From: a virus | Lineage: Duplodnaviria > Caudoviricetes | IMG/VR virus record: IMGVR_UViG_3300045921_000263 | Coordinates: 1-52,182 of that record | DNA: 52,182 nucleotides | Reading direction: 5' to 3' (one strand) | Shown: piece by piece, positions 30,144-39,718 of the stretch | Numbering within the stretch: the first letter of the stretch is position 1 | Layout of the letters: the number at the start of each line of letters is the position of its first letter | Notes under the pieces: generated by a model | Databases searched by the model: none | What the model was told of the DNA's origin: nothing | The model's input: only the letters and a program-made list of their open reading frames with translations | Program-made: the position numbers and the translations under genes

Positions 30144-31168
30144 AAGTCATCACAGCGCGCGGTGTGAACGATGCTATCCTTCTTGGGCTTTCTTTGCTGA
30201 AAGTCGAAGGTGTAGATCGAGAATCCAGAAATGGTCCTGTTCGGGTGTTTCCAGGACCCGTTACTACTCACTATCAGCATCCGGAGGAGCGTGTTCTATT
30301 TCACCCAGAAAGGGACGCGAACCCATACTTCCATTTCATGGAAAGCCTCTGGATGCTATCTGGAAGACGTGATGTAGAATGGATCAGCCGATTCTCTAGC
30401 AACATTGCAAACTACAGCGATGACGGAGTCACTTTTCATGGTGCTTATGGCTATCGCTGGCGAAACTGGTTTGGAGTATGCGAATATTTGCCTGACGGCA
30501 CAATTCGCGAACTTGGCAAAATCAATCAGCTTGCCACAATCGCCAACATCCTGAAATCTGATCCAGATGATAGACGAGTAGTTCTCCAGATGTGGGACGT
30601 TTGTCAAGATCTTGGACGTGATGGAAAGGATTTTCCATGCAATGTAGTCGCAACGTTCCGCATTAATCCCTACGGCAAATTGGACATGACCGTCTTCAAT
30701 AGGTCAAACGATATGATCTGGGGTGCCTATGGCGCGAACGCTGTTCACTTCTCAATGCTCCAAGAAGTAATGGCATCTTGGATCGGTGTGCCGATGGGTG
30801 GCTACTGGCAAGTGAGCACAAACTTCCATAGCTACCATTCAACTCTTGAGAAGCACTCTAAGCTGATTGGTATCTGTCCTGGATTTGATCCATACGAGCT
30901 AGGCGAAGTTCGGCCTATTCCTGTCGTCAATGGCCCAATAGAGCAGTGGTTTCAAGATCTGCACATGTTCATGGAGGTAGGTCCCGCCATTGGGTTCAAG
31001 GACAAGTTTTTCAAGAAAACAGCAGTTCCGATGCTACAGTCTTGGGAAATGTGGAAAAACGCTGAAAGCCCGAAACGCATTGAAAATGCGATGAGATATG
31101 CCAGTGAGATCGAAGCGCCAGATTGGCGTAGGGCCTGCCTAGAATGGCTAGATCGGAGAAAGAAATAA
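30140..31168 (+). CDS. thymidylate-synthase-family dUMP hydroxymethylase (putative)
   Basis: SRNG, D.PCN catalytic Cys, RSND..WG..GAN with Asn at the dUMP-specificity position, NFH.Y; M6/YuA-type subfamily. Confidence 0.8.
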   Translation: MKVITARGVNDAILLGLSLLKVEGVDRESRNGPVRVFPGPVTTHYQHPEERVLFHPERDANPYFHFMESLWMLSGRRDVEWISRFSSNIANYSDDGVTFHGAYGYRWRNWFGVCEYLPDGTIRELGKINQLATIANILKSDPDDRRVVLQMWDVCQDLGRDGKDFPCNVVATFRINPYGKLDMTVFNRSNDMIWGAYGANAVHFSMLQEVMASWIGVPMGGYWQVSTNFHSYHSTLEKHSKLIGICPGFDPYELGEVRPIPVVNGPIEQWFQDLHMFMEVGPAIGFKDKFFKKTAVPMLQSWEMWKNAESPKRIENAMRYASEIEAPDWRRACLEWLDRRKK

Positions 31169-31716
31169 TGTATGATGATATCGTCTGCGATGTAACTCGC
31201 ATCAAATTCGCTCGAGAAGGTGCTTCAGTTCTTCGCACACATACTCAATCTGGGATTGGTCCACACTTCGTCGGAATGCACACTTTCAACATGATCACCA
31301 TGTTGAAGATCCTTCACCCTAACCCTTCTATCAACCTCGTTTGGGCTGTTATGGAGCATGATATCCCAGAGAGAATGACAGGCGATATACCACATCCTGC
31401 AAAGAAAGCTGGTCTAGTCAATCATGATCAGCAGTCTGCATTTGAAAAACATCTGAAAATCGCTGTATTTGGAGAAGATCATCTTAGCCAGCTCAGTGAA
31501 GAAGATCTGAAATGGCTTAATGGTCTGGACATGTTAGAATTCTATTGCTGGTGTAAGGACCAGATAATGATGGGAAATCGCATGATGGAAAGAAAACTTC
31601 ATGCGGTCGAAAACTATATGGAACAATACAAGTTCATGTATCCAGAAAAGATTGTGGACACCTATTACGCAATCCGCAGTCACAACTGGCAAACAATGTC
31701 TGATATCGGAGGTTAA
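31168..31716 (+). CDS. HD-domain nucleotidase (YfbR-like)
   Basis: V.R.H, V..H, HD.PE..TGD.P, D.LE motifs. Confidence 0.75.
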   Translation: MYDDIVCDVTRIKFAREGASVLRTHTQSGIGPHFVGMHTFNMITMLKILHPNPSINLVWAVMEHDIPERMTGDIPHPAKKAGLVNHDQQSAFEKHLKIAVFGEDHLSQLSEEDLKWLNGLDMLEFYCWCKDQIMMGNRMMERKLHAVENYMEQYKFMYPEKIVDTYYAIRSHNWQTMSDIGG

Positions 31717-32321
31717 TGATGTCCAATGACTATGTTGCTCAAGAAGGAGGAGATCATTATCAGGCAGATTACCAGCACTGGGATTGGGTGATTGACTGCA
31801 AGGTTCACTATCTAGCTGGCAACTGCACCAAGTATCTCTCGCGCTGGCAGAAAAAGAACGGCGTAGAAGATCTTCGCAAGGCGATGTCATATCTAGAAAA
31901 GATGATAGTCGTCAGAAAGAAAAGTCCAGACTATGTATTCAATCACGGGGCACCGGACATTGTTCGTATCTGCACAAATCGTCTTTGTGAAAGTCTTGGC
32001 TTGAATGATATTGAGCGCAGTATCTTTGAACTTGTTTCTGGTCCTTGTTCAATGAAAATGCTGTTGCTTGCATACAGCCAGTTGAAAGAACTAATTACGA
32101 CCTCTCAGATGGCCGTAGAGGCGCAGCTTGGCACTGCCGCACCTGCACCACATGGCCCGGCTTCAAGGCCGCCAGAGGACGTCCCTGGACGTGTCTGTGG
32201 TGCTATTACCAAGGCACCTATGCCCAGCGCGTCCACAGGCGTCGCAAGAAAGCCTTCTCTCGGCATGGAACATCCGTTTGGCTATGATGAAGCAGCAGAA
32301 CTAGGCTTTAGGAAAGAATAA
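31716..32321 (+). CDS. DUF3310-like nucleotide-modification-associated protein
   Basis: Q.GG.HY, Q.WD, GN..KY..R...KNG.EDL.KA..YL motifs; low-complexity tail encoded by element D. Confidence 0.75.
   Translation: MMSNDYVAQEGGDHYQADYQHWDWVIDCKVHYLAGNCTKYLSRWQKKNGVEDLRKAMSYLEKMIVVRKKSPDYVFNHGAPDIVRICTNRLCESLGLNDIERSIFELVSGPCSMKMLLLAYSQLKELITTSQMAVEAQLGTAAPAPHGPASRPPEDVPGRVCGAITKAPMPSASTGVARKPSLGMEHPFGYDEAAELGFRKE
32097..32200. repeat. dispersed phased element D
   Basis: ACGACCTCTCAGA.GGCCG.TAGAGG nearly identical to left arm of element B; GGCTTCAAGG on right; GA at 32099/32108/32118. Confidence 0.65.
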
Positions 32322-34396
32322 TGGTCGTTCGCACAAAAACGAATCCAAATAATGGAGGCTGTCTCCAACTTGGGTTTTTCATGCCAGAGGCGAGCTGGCG
32401 TCCTCCTTCAATTTCAGATCTCCCTTCTTGGAAGGGCGCAAAAAGAATAGCGATTGATGCCGAAACAAGAGACCCTAGTATCGTTGCGAATCTAGGATCT
32501 GGTTCTATAAGAGATGGGTATACTGTAGGATGGGCCTTCGCAATCGAAGGAGGGCCGAAATACTACCTACCAATTCGTCACGAAGGAGGCGATAATCTCC
32601 CAGTAGAACAGGTTCTGCACTACCTGCGAGAACAGATCAAAAATTTCACTGGAGAGTATGTGGGAGCTAATCTCGCATACGATGTTGATTATGGATACAA
32701 TGATGGGTTTGAATGGCATCCTGATGCGACTTTTCGAGATATTCAAATTGCAGATCCTCTGATTTACGAGCTACACCGAAGCTATTCTCTCGAAAATATC
32801 GGCAAGCGAAATGGTGTTGAAGCTAAAGATGAGCGACTCTTGATAGAAGCAGCAGAGGCCTTTGGCCTTGATCCAAAAGCGGGACTGTGGAGACTACCTG
32901 CACGATATGTCGGAGCCTATGCAGAGAATGATGTGACATCTCCGCTAGAAATTCTACGCATACAAGAGAAGCGTATCGACCAAGAAGGCCTACGGAAAAT
33001 CTGGGACTTAGAAAGTCGCACTCTGCCTGTGCTAGTTCGTATGCGCCGACGTGGTGTTCGCATAGATTTTGACAAGCTCATTCAAATCGAAGAATGGACT
33101 AAAGTTGAAGAACAGGCTGCTCTTGACCTGATTCGTCGACATACTGGTGTCAGAGTTGCATTCGGTGATGTGTGGAAAGCCTCTGCTCTTGCTCCTGCGT
33201 TAGAGGCTATCGGTATGCGTCTGCAAAAAACAGCCCAAGGACAGCCACAGATTGACCGCTTCCTCTTGGGTGGAAGTAATCATCCTGTTTGTGAGGCAAT
33301 TCTCCGTGCTCGAAAAGTGAACAAGATTCGCACAACTTTTGCTGAGAGCATCAGAAAGTATGCAGTCAACGGAAGAATTCATTGCTCTTTTCGTCAGATT
33401 GCATCAGAAACTGAGAGCGGAGAGCAGAAAGGTGTTCGCTATGGTCGTCTTTCTGCAATTGACCCAAACCTTCAGCAACAGCCTAGCCCGGATCGAGACC
33501 CAGAAATCGCAGGTGAATGGCGCAAGATCTTCATCCCAGAAGAAGGTGCGATCTGGGGCTGCAATGACTATTCTCAGCAAGAGCCCAGATGGACGACGCA
33601 TTTCGCAGCTGTGATGGACTTGCCTCGTGCTCGTGAGGCTGCCCTGCGCTACCAGAACGATCCCAACACTGATAACCACGAGATGATGACCAGATTGGTC
33701 TACACAGATGCTCAAGTTGAAGAATGGCTAGCAAAAGATCCAAAGGCTTTCAAAGTTCATCGTGGATATTCAAAGAACATCTTTCTTGGACTTTGCTACG
33801 GTGAGGGTGGAGCAAAGCTCTGTCATGATATCGGCAAGCCTACTCGCTGGTGTGTTTTCTATGGTATTGGTGCTGATCGACGTGTAGAGTATTTCGAAAA
33901 TCGTCGAGAAGCCATGGATTACAGAAACCAAATCGGAAGAGGACATATTCGTGAAGTTGCAGGTGAAGAAGGTCAACAGATCCTAGACAATTTCGATGCA
34001 GAAGTGCCATATGTGCGCCAGCTTGCTAGAGCGGCGACAAGAAGAGCAGAGATGAAAGGCTACGTTAGAACTATTCTTGGTCGCAGGCTCAACTTCGAGC
34101 AGCGAGAGGACGGTTCCTATGACTATACGCACAAGGCGCTGAACAGGATTATTCAGGGGAGCAGTGCAGATCAAACGAAGCTCGCTATTTGTGAGCTTGA
34201 CAGAGCAGGTTATTTTCTTCAGTTGCAAGTTCATGACGAGACTGATGGAAGCTATTCCTCAGTCGCCGAAGCAAAAGCAGCAGGTGAAGTGATGCGTGAC
34301 TGTATCTTGAGCATGGTTCCTGGAAAGCTGTGGGTTCCTTTCAGAGTTGACACAGAGGTTGGACCTTCCTGGGGTGAAATCAAAGGTGTGAAATGA
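32321..34396 (+). CDS. DNA polymerase, family A
   Basis: D.ET exonuclease motif, GRLS..DPNLQQ, DYSQQEPR, K...LG..YG.G, N..IQGS.AD, QVHDE. Confidence 0.95.
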   Translation: MVVRTKTNPNNGGCLQLGFFMPEASWRPPSISDLPSWKGAKRIAIDAETRDPSIVANLGSGSIRDGYTVGWAFAIEGGPKYYLPIRHEGGDNLPVEQVLHYLREQIKNFTGEYVGANLAYDVDYGYNDGFEWHPDATFRDIQIADPLIYELHRSYSLENIGKRNGVEAKDERLLIEAAEAFGLDPKAGLWRLPARYVGAYAENDVTSPLEILRIQEKRIDQEGLRKIWDLESRTLPVLVRMRRRGVRIDFDKLIQIEEWTKVEEQAALDLIRRHTGVRVAFGDVWKASALAPALEAIGMRLQKTAQGQPQIDRFLLGGSNHPVCEAILRARKVNKIRTTFAESIRKYAVNGRIHCSFRQIASETESGEQKGVRYGRLSAIDPNLQQQPSPDRDPEIAGEWRKIFIPEEGAIWGCNDYSQQEPRWTTHFAAVMDLPRAREAALRYQNDPNTDNHEMMTRLVYTDAQVEEWLAKDPKAFKVHRGYSKNIFLGLCYGEGGAKLCHDIGKPTRWCVFYGIGADRRVEYFENRREAMDYRNQIGRGHIREVAGEEGQQILDNFDAEVPYVRQLARAATRRAEMKGYVRTILGRRLNFEQREDGSYDYTHKALNRIIQGSSADQTKLAICELDRAGYFLQLQVHDETDGSYSSVAEAKAAGEVMRDCILSMVPGKLWVPFRVDTEVGPSWGEIKGVK

Positions 34397-35100
34397 GATA
34401 TGGAGTTTTGGTGAACGGAGACTTCGAAGAAAGATCTCTCATTAAAATGACCGCTCCGGGTTTCTCTCGTCCCATGTTGGGACGTAGCGGAACTTATGAC
34501 GAATATGTCATGAAAGAGATCAATCGAAGCTACGGCAAGCTAGATGTGAAAAATCGTGTCGTTTTGGACATCGGTGCAAATATCGGCTGTTTCTCTCTTT
34601 GGGCTTTGGGCAAAGGAGCTAGACATGTGATCTCTTTAGAGCCAGAATTGAATAACTTCAATATGCTGGAGCTGAATTTGAAAGATGAGACTAACTTCTC
34701 TCTTTACAACGAAGCCCTAGCCGCTGATAAAGATGGAGAAGGTATTCTCTATCTCAGCAAAACTGGCAAAAATCCTGGGAATTCAAGCACAACACCTCGT
34801 CGAGGCCGGATTGGAGTTTTGATCAACTACATGTCTGTAGCCCAACTCAAAGAATACCATCCGGATATAGATGTAGCGAAAGTTGACTGTGAAGGCGCAG
34901 AGTATGATTTCATGAAAACTCTGGTCGAAGCATATCCAAATATGCGACAGGTAGCACTAGAAATTCACATCAGTGGTTTTGGACTTCTAGCTGCAATCTC
35001 TTTGCATAACCTGATGCTTGATGCAGGCTTCACTGCTATTGTTCCACCACGGCTAGATAATGAGAGTCTTTGGCAAACTCTAGCGACATATGAAAGATGA
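34393..35100 (+). CDS. FkbM-family SAM-dependent methyltransferase
   Basis: VLDIGANIG.FS, EP...N...L..N, KVDCEGAEY, EIH. Confidence 0.85.
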   Translation: MRYGVLVNGDFEERSLIKMTAPGFSRPMLGRSGTYDEYVMKEINRSYGKLDVKNRVVLDIGANIGCFSLWALGKGARHVISLEPELNNFNMLELNLKDETNFSLYNEALAADKDGEGILYLSKTGKNPGNSSTTPRRGRIGVLINYMSVAQLKEYHPDIDVAKVDCEGAEYDFMKTLVEAYPNMRQVALEIHISGFGLLAAISLHNLMLDAGFTAIVPPRLDNESLWQTLATYER

Positions 35101-35647
35101 GAAAATGCAGCATGTGATGCTTGATCTTGAGACATGGGGGACAAAGCCGGGCTCTGCTCTGCGTTCTATCGGCATGGTCCAGTTTGATCCTTTCTTCCCA
35201 GGATTCGGGAAAGAATTCTACTGCAATATTGATGATGAAAGTCAGCTCGCAATCGGTGCTATCAAAGACCAAAAAACTGTTGAATGGTGGACGCAGCAGA
35301 GTAAGAAGGCGCTAGAAATTCTAGAAGTAGAAAAGCTCAATGTTCATGATGCTTGCGACAGAGTGATCCAATATTTCAATGAGACAGGAGTTTCCATTGT
35401 TTGGGCACAAGGTTCCAATTTTGATCCTGTGCTTCTTGAAGCAATCTTTGACATGGCTGGAAAAGTCGTGCCATGGAAATTCTACAATACTCGAGACACT
35501 CGCACTATCTACAGCGTAGCAAACTATGACACTAGAAAGATGCCTCGCGTTGGTGAACATCACAATGCTCTAGAAGACGCAAAGCATCAAGTTCGGTGTG
35601 TCTATCGCAGCTACCAAATCCTTCACAATAGGGAGAAAGATCAATGA
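35090..35647 (+). CDS. DEDDh 3'-5' exonuclease
   Basis: HVMLDLET, SIG.V.F, TVEWW..Q, W..G.NFD, RDTRT, HNAL.DA. Confidence 0.85.
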   Translation: MKDEKMQHVMLDLETWGTKPGSALRSIGMVQFDPFFPGFGKEFYCNIDDESQLAIGAIKDQKTVEWWTQQSKKALEILEVEKLNVHDACDRVIQYFNETGVSIVWAQGSNFDPVLLEAIFDMAGKVVPWKFYNTRDTRTIYSVANYDTRKMPRVGEHHNALEDAKHQVRCVYRSYQILHNREKDQ

Positions 35648-36114
35648 TCCTGAGTGGTCGAACCATTCAGCAGCTCAAAATCATGGAGCCATTCTATGGC
35701 AGAACACGCCATAAGGGCATGACTTTTGGGTGTGGACCAGCAGGCTATGATGTTCGCGTAGAGTTCGATGAGAATGGCATCACAGATGCTGTTCAACTCC
35801 TTCCAGGTCAATTCCTACTGGCCTCTACGATCGAGCGTTTCAGGATGCCCAGAGACGTTATCGGAATCGTGCATGACAAATCTACTTGGGCTCGTCTTGG
35901 TCTTGCTTGTCAGAACACGGTGATTGAGCCAGGATGGGAAGGATGGCTCACTCTTGAACTGACTAATCATGGTCATGAACCTCTTACAATCGAGCGTGGA
36001 ATGCCAATCGCTCAAGTGATATTTCACTTCGTAGACGATGATACTATTGGCTATGAAGGAAAATATCAATCTCAAAAGCGTGGACCTGTCAGGCCCATCA
36101 TTGAGAAATGTTAG
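35644..36114 (+). CDS. dcd: dCTP deaminase (trimeric dUTPase superfamily)
   Basis: PAGYDVR, KSTWARLG, IEPGW.G.LTLEL.N, IAQ, Y.GKYQ.Q. Confidence 0.8.
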   Translation: MILSGRTIQQLKIMEPFYGRTRHKGMTFGCGPAGYDVRVEFDENGITDAVQLLPGQFLLASTIERFRMPRDVIGIVHDKSTWARLGLACQNTVIEPGWEGWLTLELTNHGHEPLTIERGMPIAQVIFHFVDDDTIGYEGKYQSQKRGPVRPIIEKC

Positions 36115-36116
36115 AC

Positions 36117-36145
36117 TTGTGCCGCATATGGCGCTAAGGTAGGCT
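36117..36145 (+). promoter_or_regulatory. putative promoter
   Basis: TTGTGC-N17-TAGGCT in intergenic gap. Confidence 0.55.
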
Positions 36146-36176
36146 AAAAGCCAACCTCTAGAACCTGGAAAGTCTA

Positions 36177-36623
36177 ATGTCAGAAAGAAGCATGAAAGGG
36201 ACGTTGGTCAAGTGCCTGTCCCCGTTGGATGCCGTTGCCATTGAATCACCGATGACTGGCCTCGGCATTCCAGACATAAACTACATCGGTGGATGGATCG
36301 AATGCAAGGCTCTGAAAGCATGGCCCAAAGGAGCAGACAAGAATCCAGTGAAGTTTCCACATGCATGGACAAAAGAACAGCAAGTCTGGGGTTACAGACG
36401 TGAAAGAGCTGGCGGAGTTTCACTTGTATGTGTCAAAGTCAGCTCATCATGGTTTTTCTATTCAGCGACCACATTGAAGGTGAATAACTTATGGGACAAT
36501 ATGACAAGACCACAGATGTATCAGTGGGCACTGAAGGTTTTCGAAGTATCTCTACCGCAGAGGGAGCTGTGCGAATTCCTGACCTCACTCCGTCGGACCT
36601 CAGTCCTGCAGAGCACCTTCTAA
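36177..36623 (+). CDS. PD-(D/E)xK nuclease, Holliday junction resolvase/VRR-NUC-like
   Basis: G.PD....GWIECK, Q..W...R...GG motifs. Confidence 0.75.
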   Translation: MSERSMKGTLVKCLSPLDAVAIESPMTGLGIPDINYIGGWIECKALKAWPKGADKNPVKFPHAWTKEQQVWGYRRERAGGVSLVCVKVSSSWFFYSATTLKVNNLWDNMTRPQMYQWALKVFEVSLPQRELCEFLTSLRRTSVLQSTF

Positions 36624-36913
36624 TTTGGCGTCGAAGAGAAGGCTATACTCAGCCAGTCGCAGCTGAAGTTCTTGGCATAAGCCTGAACTCACTAATCGGA
36701 GTAGAGCGGAAAAATGATAATTCACTCTTTGTCTGTGTGCCTCGGATAGAAAAACTGCACCCTCACGAGATATGTTTCATTTTGCGCCGTCGTTCTGGAC
36801 TAACTATCCCTGAGTGTGCTGAACAAGCTGGTGTCTCAAGATACTGGTATAATCTGATGGAACAAGGAAAAGTCTGCTCTGATCGACTTTTCCAATACTG
36901 GGGTGAAAAATGA
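36491..36913 (+). CDS. XRE-type double helix-turn-helix protein
   Basis: RRREGYTQ..AA..LGIS and RRRSGLT...AEQAGVSR....ME.G; start uncertain. Confidence 0.7.
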   Translation: MGQYDKTTDVSVGTEGFRSISTAEGAVRIPDLTPSDLSPAEHLLIWRRREGYTQPVAAEVLGISLNSLIGVERKNDNSLFVCVPRIEKLHPHEICFILRRRSGLTIPECAEQAGVSRYWYNLMEQGKVCSDRLFQYWGEK

Positions 36914-39312
36914 AAGGGCATACCGACCATGCAATAGATTTCCTGAAAAAGTTCAAGCCCGGTGGACCTTGGGCACTTGGAGCAATCGCTACTGATCGTA
37001 AAGGTGTTGAGTTCAGAACTTTTAGGTCTGAACAGGATGCCTATAATTTCATTGAAAAATATAATGGTGAATGGAACCTTTATTTCCTGATCAACGAACC
37101 GACGCACGATATCAAAACCAAGCCTTCTAAGACTGATATCGCAAATGCTCTTTGGCTGCACGTTGATATTGATAGCAATGCCGCAGACAAAGAAAGTCTA
37201 GAGCATGATCTTGATATAACGCTAAGTCATCTCACTGACAAGCTGCCGAAAGGTATTCCACAGCCGACTTGTATCATATTCTCTGGAAATGGCTATTGGG
37301 GCTTCTGGAAACTCAGAAATCCTTTCCCGATCGAAGGAACTGAGGCAAAATGGGAGGATTTTGAACTCTACAACAAGCGTCTTGAACAGGTTTTCGGAGG
37401 AGATTACTGCTTCAATGTAGACCGAATCGCTCGTCTTCCTGGGACAATCAACGTTCCAAATCCACAGAAGCGCAAGAAAGGTCGTGTCGAAGTAGAAGCG
37501 AGACTACTGCATTTCAACCCAGGGGCTGTCTATGACATCTCAGACTTCAAGAAGTCTGCTGGTGTGCAGTCTTCTGGGTCAATGATGGATGGAGGCAAAG
37601 AAGCCGGTGTCGATATTGACATCGGCAATATTGAACGAATTCAAGAACTCAGCGAGCTAGACGAATGGTCAGTTCCAGATAGAGTGAAAATTATTATCGC
37701 TCAGGGACACCATCCAGACCAGCCCAAGGAGAAAGATAACTCTCGGTCAGCATGGGTCTTTGACTGTGTGTGCTCATTAGTTCGCTGTGGTGTTCCCGAT
37801 GCTGTGATCTACAGTATCTTGACAGACCCCGGCTGGGCTATCTCAGCCAGTGTGCTTGAACTCAAGTCCGGTGCTGATCGCTATGCGCGCCGACAGATTT
37901 CACGCGCCAAGCAATATAATGAAGATCCTAACCTTTTGATGATGAACGACCGACATGCTGTCATCGGTAATATCGGCGGCAAATGTGCAGTCATCGAAGA
38001 GCTCGATGATCACTTGAAATTGCACAATGGTCAGACATTTAATCGCACAAGACTGACGATGTCTAGCTTTGAAAGCATTCGTCAGCGATACATGAACAAG
38101 CGTATCAAAGTTGGTGTGACGAAAGACGGTGTCGATGTAACCGAAGAACTCGGGAAGTATTGGCTCAAGCACCCGATGCGTCGGCAGTATGACACCATGC
38201 GATTCATGCCGCTCATTGAGAAAGAAGGTGTCTACAATCTGTGGCGTGGTTTCGCTTATGAAGCAGTTCCTGGAGATTGTAGTCTATATCTAGAACACTT
38301 GAAAGAAAACATCTGCTCTGGTAATGAATATCATTACGACTATCTAATTCGTTGGATGGCGCGCGCTGTTCAGGAACCTGCTAGTGCTGGAGAGGTAGCT
38401 GTCGTTCTTCGTGGTGGCAAAGGGACAGGTAAAGGCTGGTTCGCCAGGACTTTTGGTCGTCTTTTTGGGCGACACTTTCTTCACATTGCAAACGCAAAAC
38501 ATCTCGTGGGTAATTTCAATGCTCACTTGCAGGATTGTTGTCTGTTGTTCGCAGACGAAGCGTTCTTTGCTGGTGACAAGTCACACGAAAGTGTGCTCAA
38601 GATGCTGATTACTGAAGATGTGCTGCCTATTGAAAAGAAAGGTTACGACGTTGAAGCGCAGCCGAACTTTGTTCACATGATAATGGCTTCTAACGACCCT
38701 CACGTTATCCGTGCAACCGGAGATGAACGCAGATATTTCGTGCTTAATGTGAGTGAAAATCGTAAACAGGATGCGAACTATTTTGGCAAGATTCAGGAGC
38801 AAATGGAGAACGGCGGCTACGAAGCTCTGCTCTACTATCTCCAATCAATTGACCTGACTGGCTTTCAAGTTCGCAATGTGCCACAGACTGATGCTCTGCA
38901 AGAGCAGAAGCTGCTATCAATGAACTACGATGAAGAGTGGTGGTTTCGCAAATTGCAAGATGGTCGCATCTTTGATACTGACTCTGAATGGGAGCGATTT
39001 GCTCAAACGGATAGGATCACGCAAGATTTCGTGAGATATATGGAGCTGTGGCGTTTCAATCGTCGTGGTAACGAAACCTCTCTTGGTCGATTTCTTTATC
39101 GTGTTGTTCCGCATCTAACCAAAGTTCGTAGAAGAACAACTGTCGACGTGGATGATGGATTTGGTGGTCCTAAACGAGAAACACGTCGATTGATGTTCTA
39201 CGACTTTGGCACTCTCGAAGAGTGCAGAAGATCATGGGAAAAACTTCATGGTAAGGTCGATTGGGAAGAGCCTGTTCAGCTTGATATTGACCAACCGGAT
39301 GTGCCATTTTGA
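36910..39312 (+). CDS. primase-helicase (RepB-like primase plus SF3-like helicase)
   Basis: LHVDID, SGNG...W, R..RLPGT.N; GGKGTGK Walker A, FADEA, SN, RRYFV. Confidence 0.88.
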   Translation: MKGHTDHAIDFLKKFKPGGPWALGAIATDRKGVEFRTFRSEQDAYNFIEKYNGEWNLYFLINEPTHDIKTKPSKTDIANALWLHVDIDSNAADKESLEHDLDITLSHLTDKLPKGIPQPTCIIFSGNGYWGFWKLRNPFPIEGTEAKWEDFELYNKRLEQVFGGDYCFNVDRIARLPGTINVPNPQKRKKGRVEVEARLLHFNPGAVYDISDFKKSAGVQSSGSMMDGGKEAGVDIDIGNIERIQELSELDEWSVPDRVKIIIAQGHHPDQPKEKDNSRSAWVFDCVCSLVRCGVPDAVIYSILTDPGWAISASVLELKSGADRYARRQISRAKQYNEDPNLLMMNDRHAVIGNIGGKCAVIEELDDHLKLHNGQTFNRTRLTMSSFESIRQRYMNKRIKVGVTKDGVDVTEELGKYWLKHPMRRQYDTMRFMPLIEKEGVYNLWRGFAYEAVPGDCSLYLEHLKENICSGNEYHYDYLIRWMARAVQEPASAGEVAVVLRGGKGTGKGWFARTFGRLFGRHFLHIANAKHLVGNFNAHLQDCCLLFADEAFFAGDKSHESVLKMLITEDVLPIEKKGYDVEAQPNFVHMIMASNDPHVIRATGDERRYFVLNVSENRKQDANYFGKIQEQMENGGYEALLYYLQSIDLTGFQVRNVPQTDALQEQKLLSMNYDEEWWFRKLQDGRIFDTDSEWERFAQTDRITQDFVRYMELWRFNRRGNETSLGRFLYRVVPHLTKVRRRTTVDVDDGFGGPKRETRRLMFYDFGTLEECRRSWEKLHGKVDWEEPVQLDIDQPDVPF

Positions 39313-39410
39313 CGACCTCTCAGAGGCCGCTAGAGGGCCTTTTTGCTGGGGGGTATACCTACCCTAGGGCAAGGGCTTCAAGGGGCCTCCTGGACGCTCT
39401 GAGACGTCCG
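39311..39410. repeat. dispersed phased element B (intergenic)
   Basis: TCTCAGAG...CTCTGAGA inverted arms; GA at 39314/39323/39333, TC at 39378/39388/39398/39407. Confidence 0.7.
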
Positions 39411-39514
39411 TAGGACATGTTGGATTAGTGGCCTATGCAGCTGGAACAGTTGCACTGGTCACTACAACATCGGCAGGGTATAATTTTCTCAGGCAAACCA
39501 AAATGGAGCACCAA

Positions 39515-39718
39515 ATGCTGAGTAAAGTCTGGATGATACCTTGGTCAGTAAAAGGTTTTGACGAATACCAAAGCAGCCTCGTCTTGTTCGATGAGCATGT
39601 AATGAAACAACAGGCTGAGGCAAATCCAGAGCGAGGTCGTATTTTATTTGAAACGATTGATCTAACTCCAGAAGAGGAAGCATCTATCCTGCAAGCAATG
39701 AGGAATATTTTCGAATGA
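39515..39718 (+). CDS. hypothetical protein
   Basis: GGAG RBS before ATG 39515; ATGA overlap with ligase. Confidence 0.55.
   Translation: MLSKVWMIPWSVKGFDEYQSSLVLFDEHVMKQQAEANPERGRILFETIDLTPEEEASILQAMRNIFE

Noticed and set aside
30140-31168. Canonical thyA or T4-like dCMP hydroxymethylase
   Set aside because: RSND..WG..GAN pattern and gene context fit the dUMP hydroxymethylase subfamily; Asn rather than Asp argues against dCMP. Ordinary TS activity is not strictly excluded
34393-35100. DNA adenine/cytosine methyltransferase
   Set aside because: Lacks DPPY/NPPY or PC catalytic motifs; has the FkbM K.D.EG.E signature
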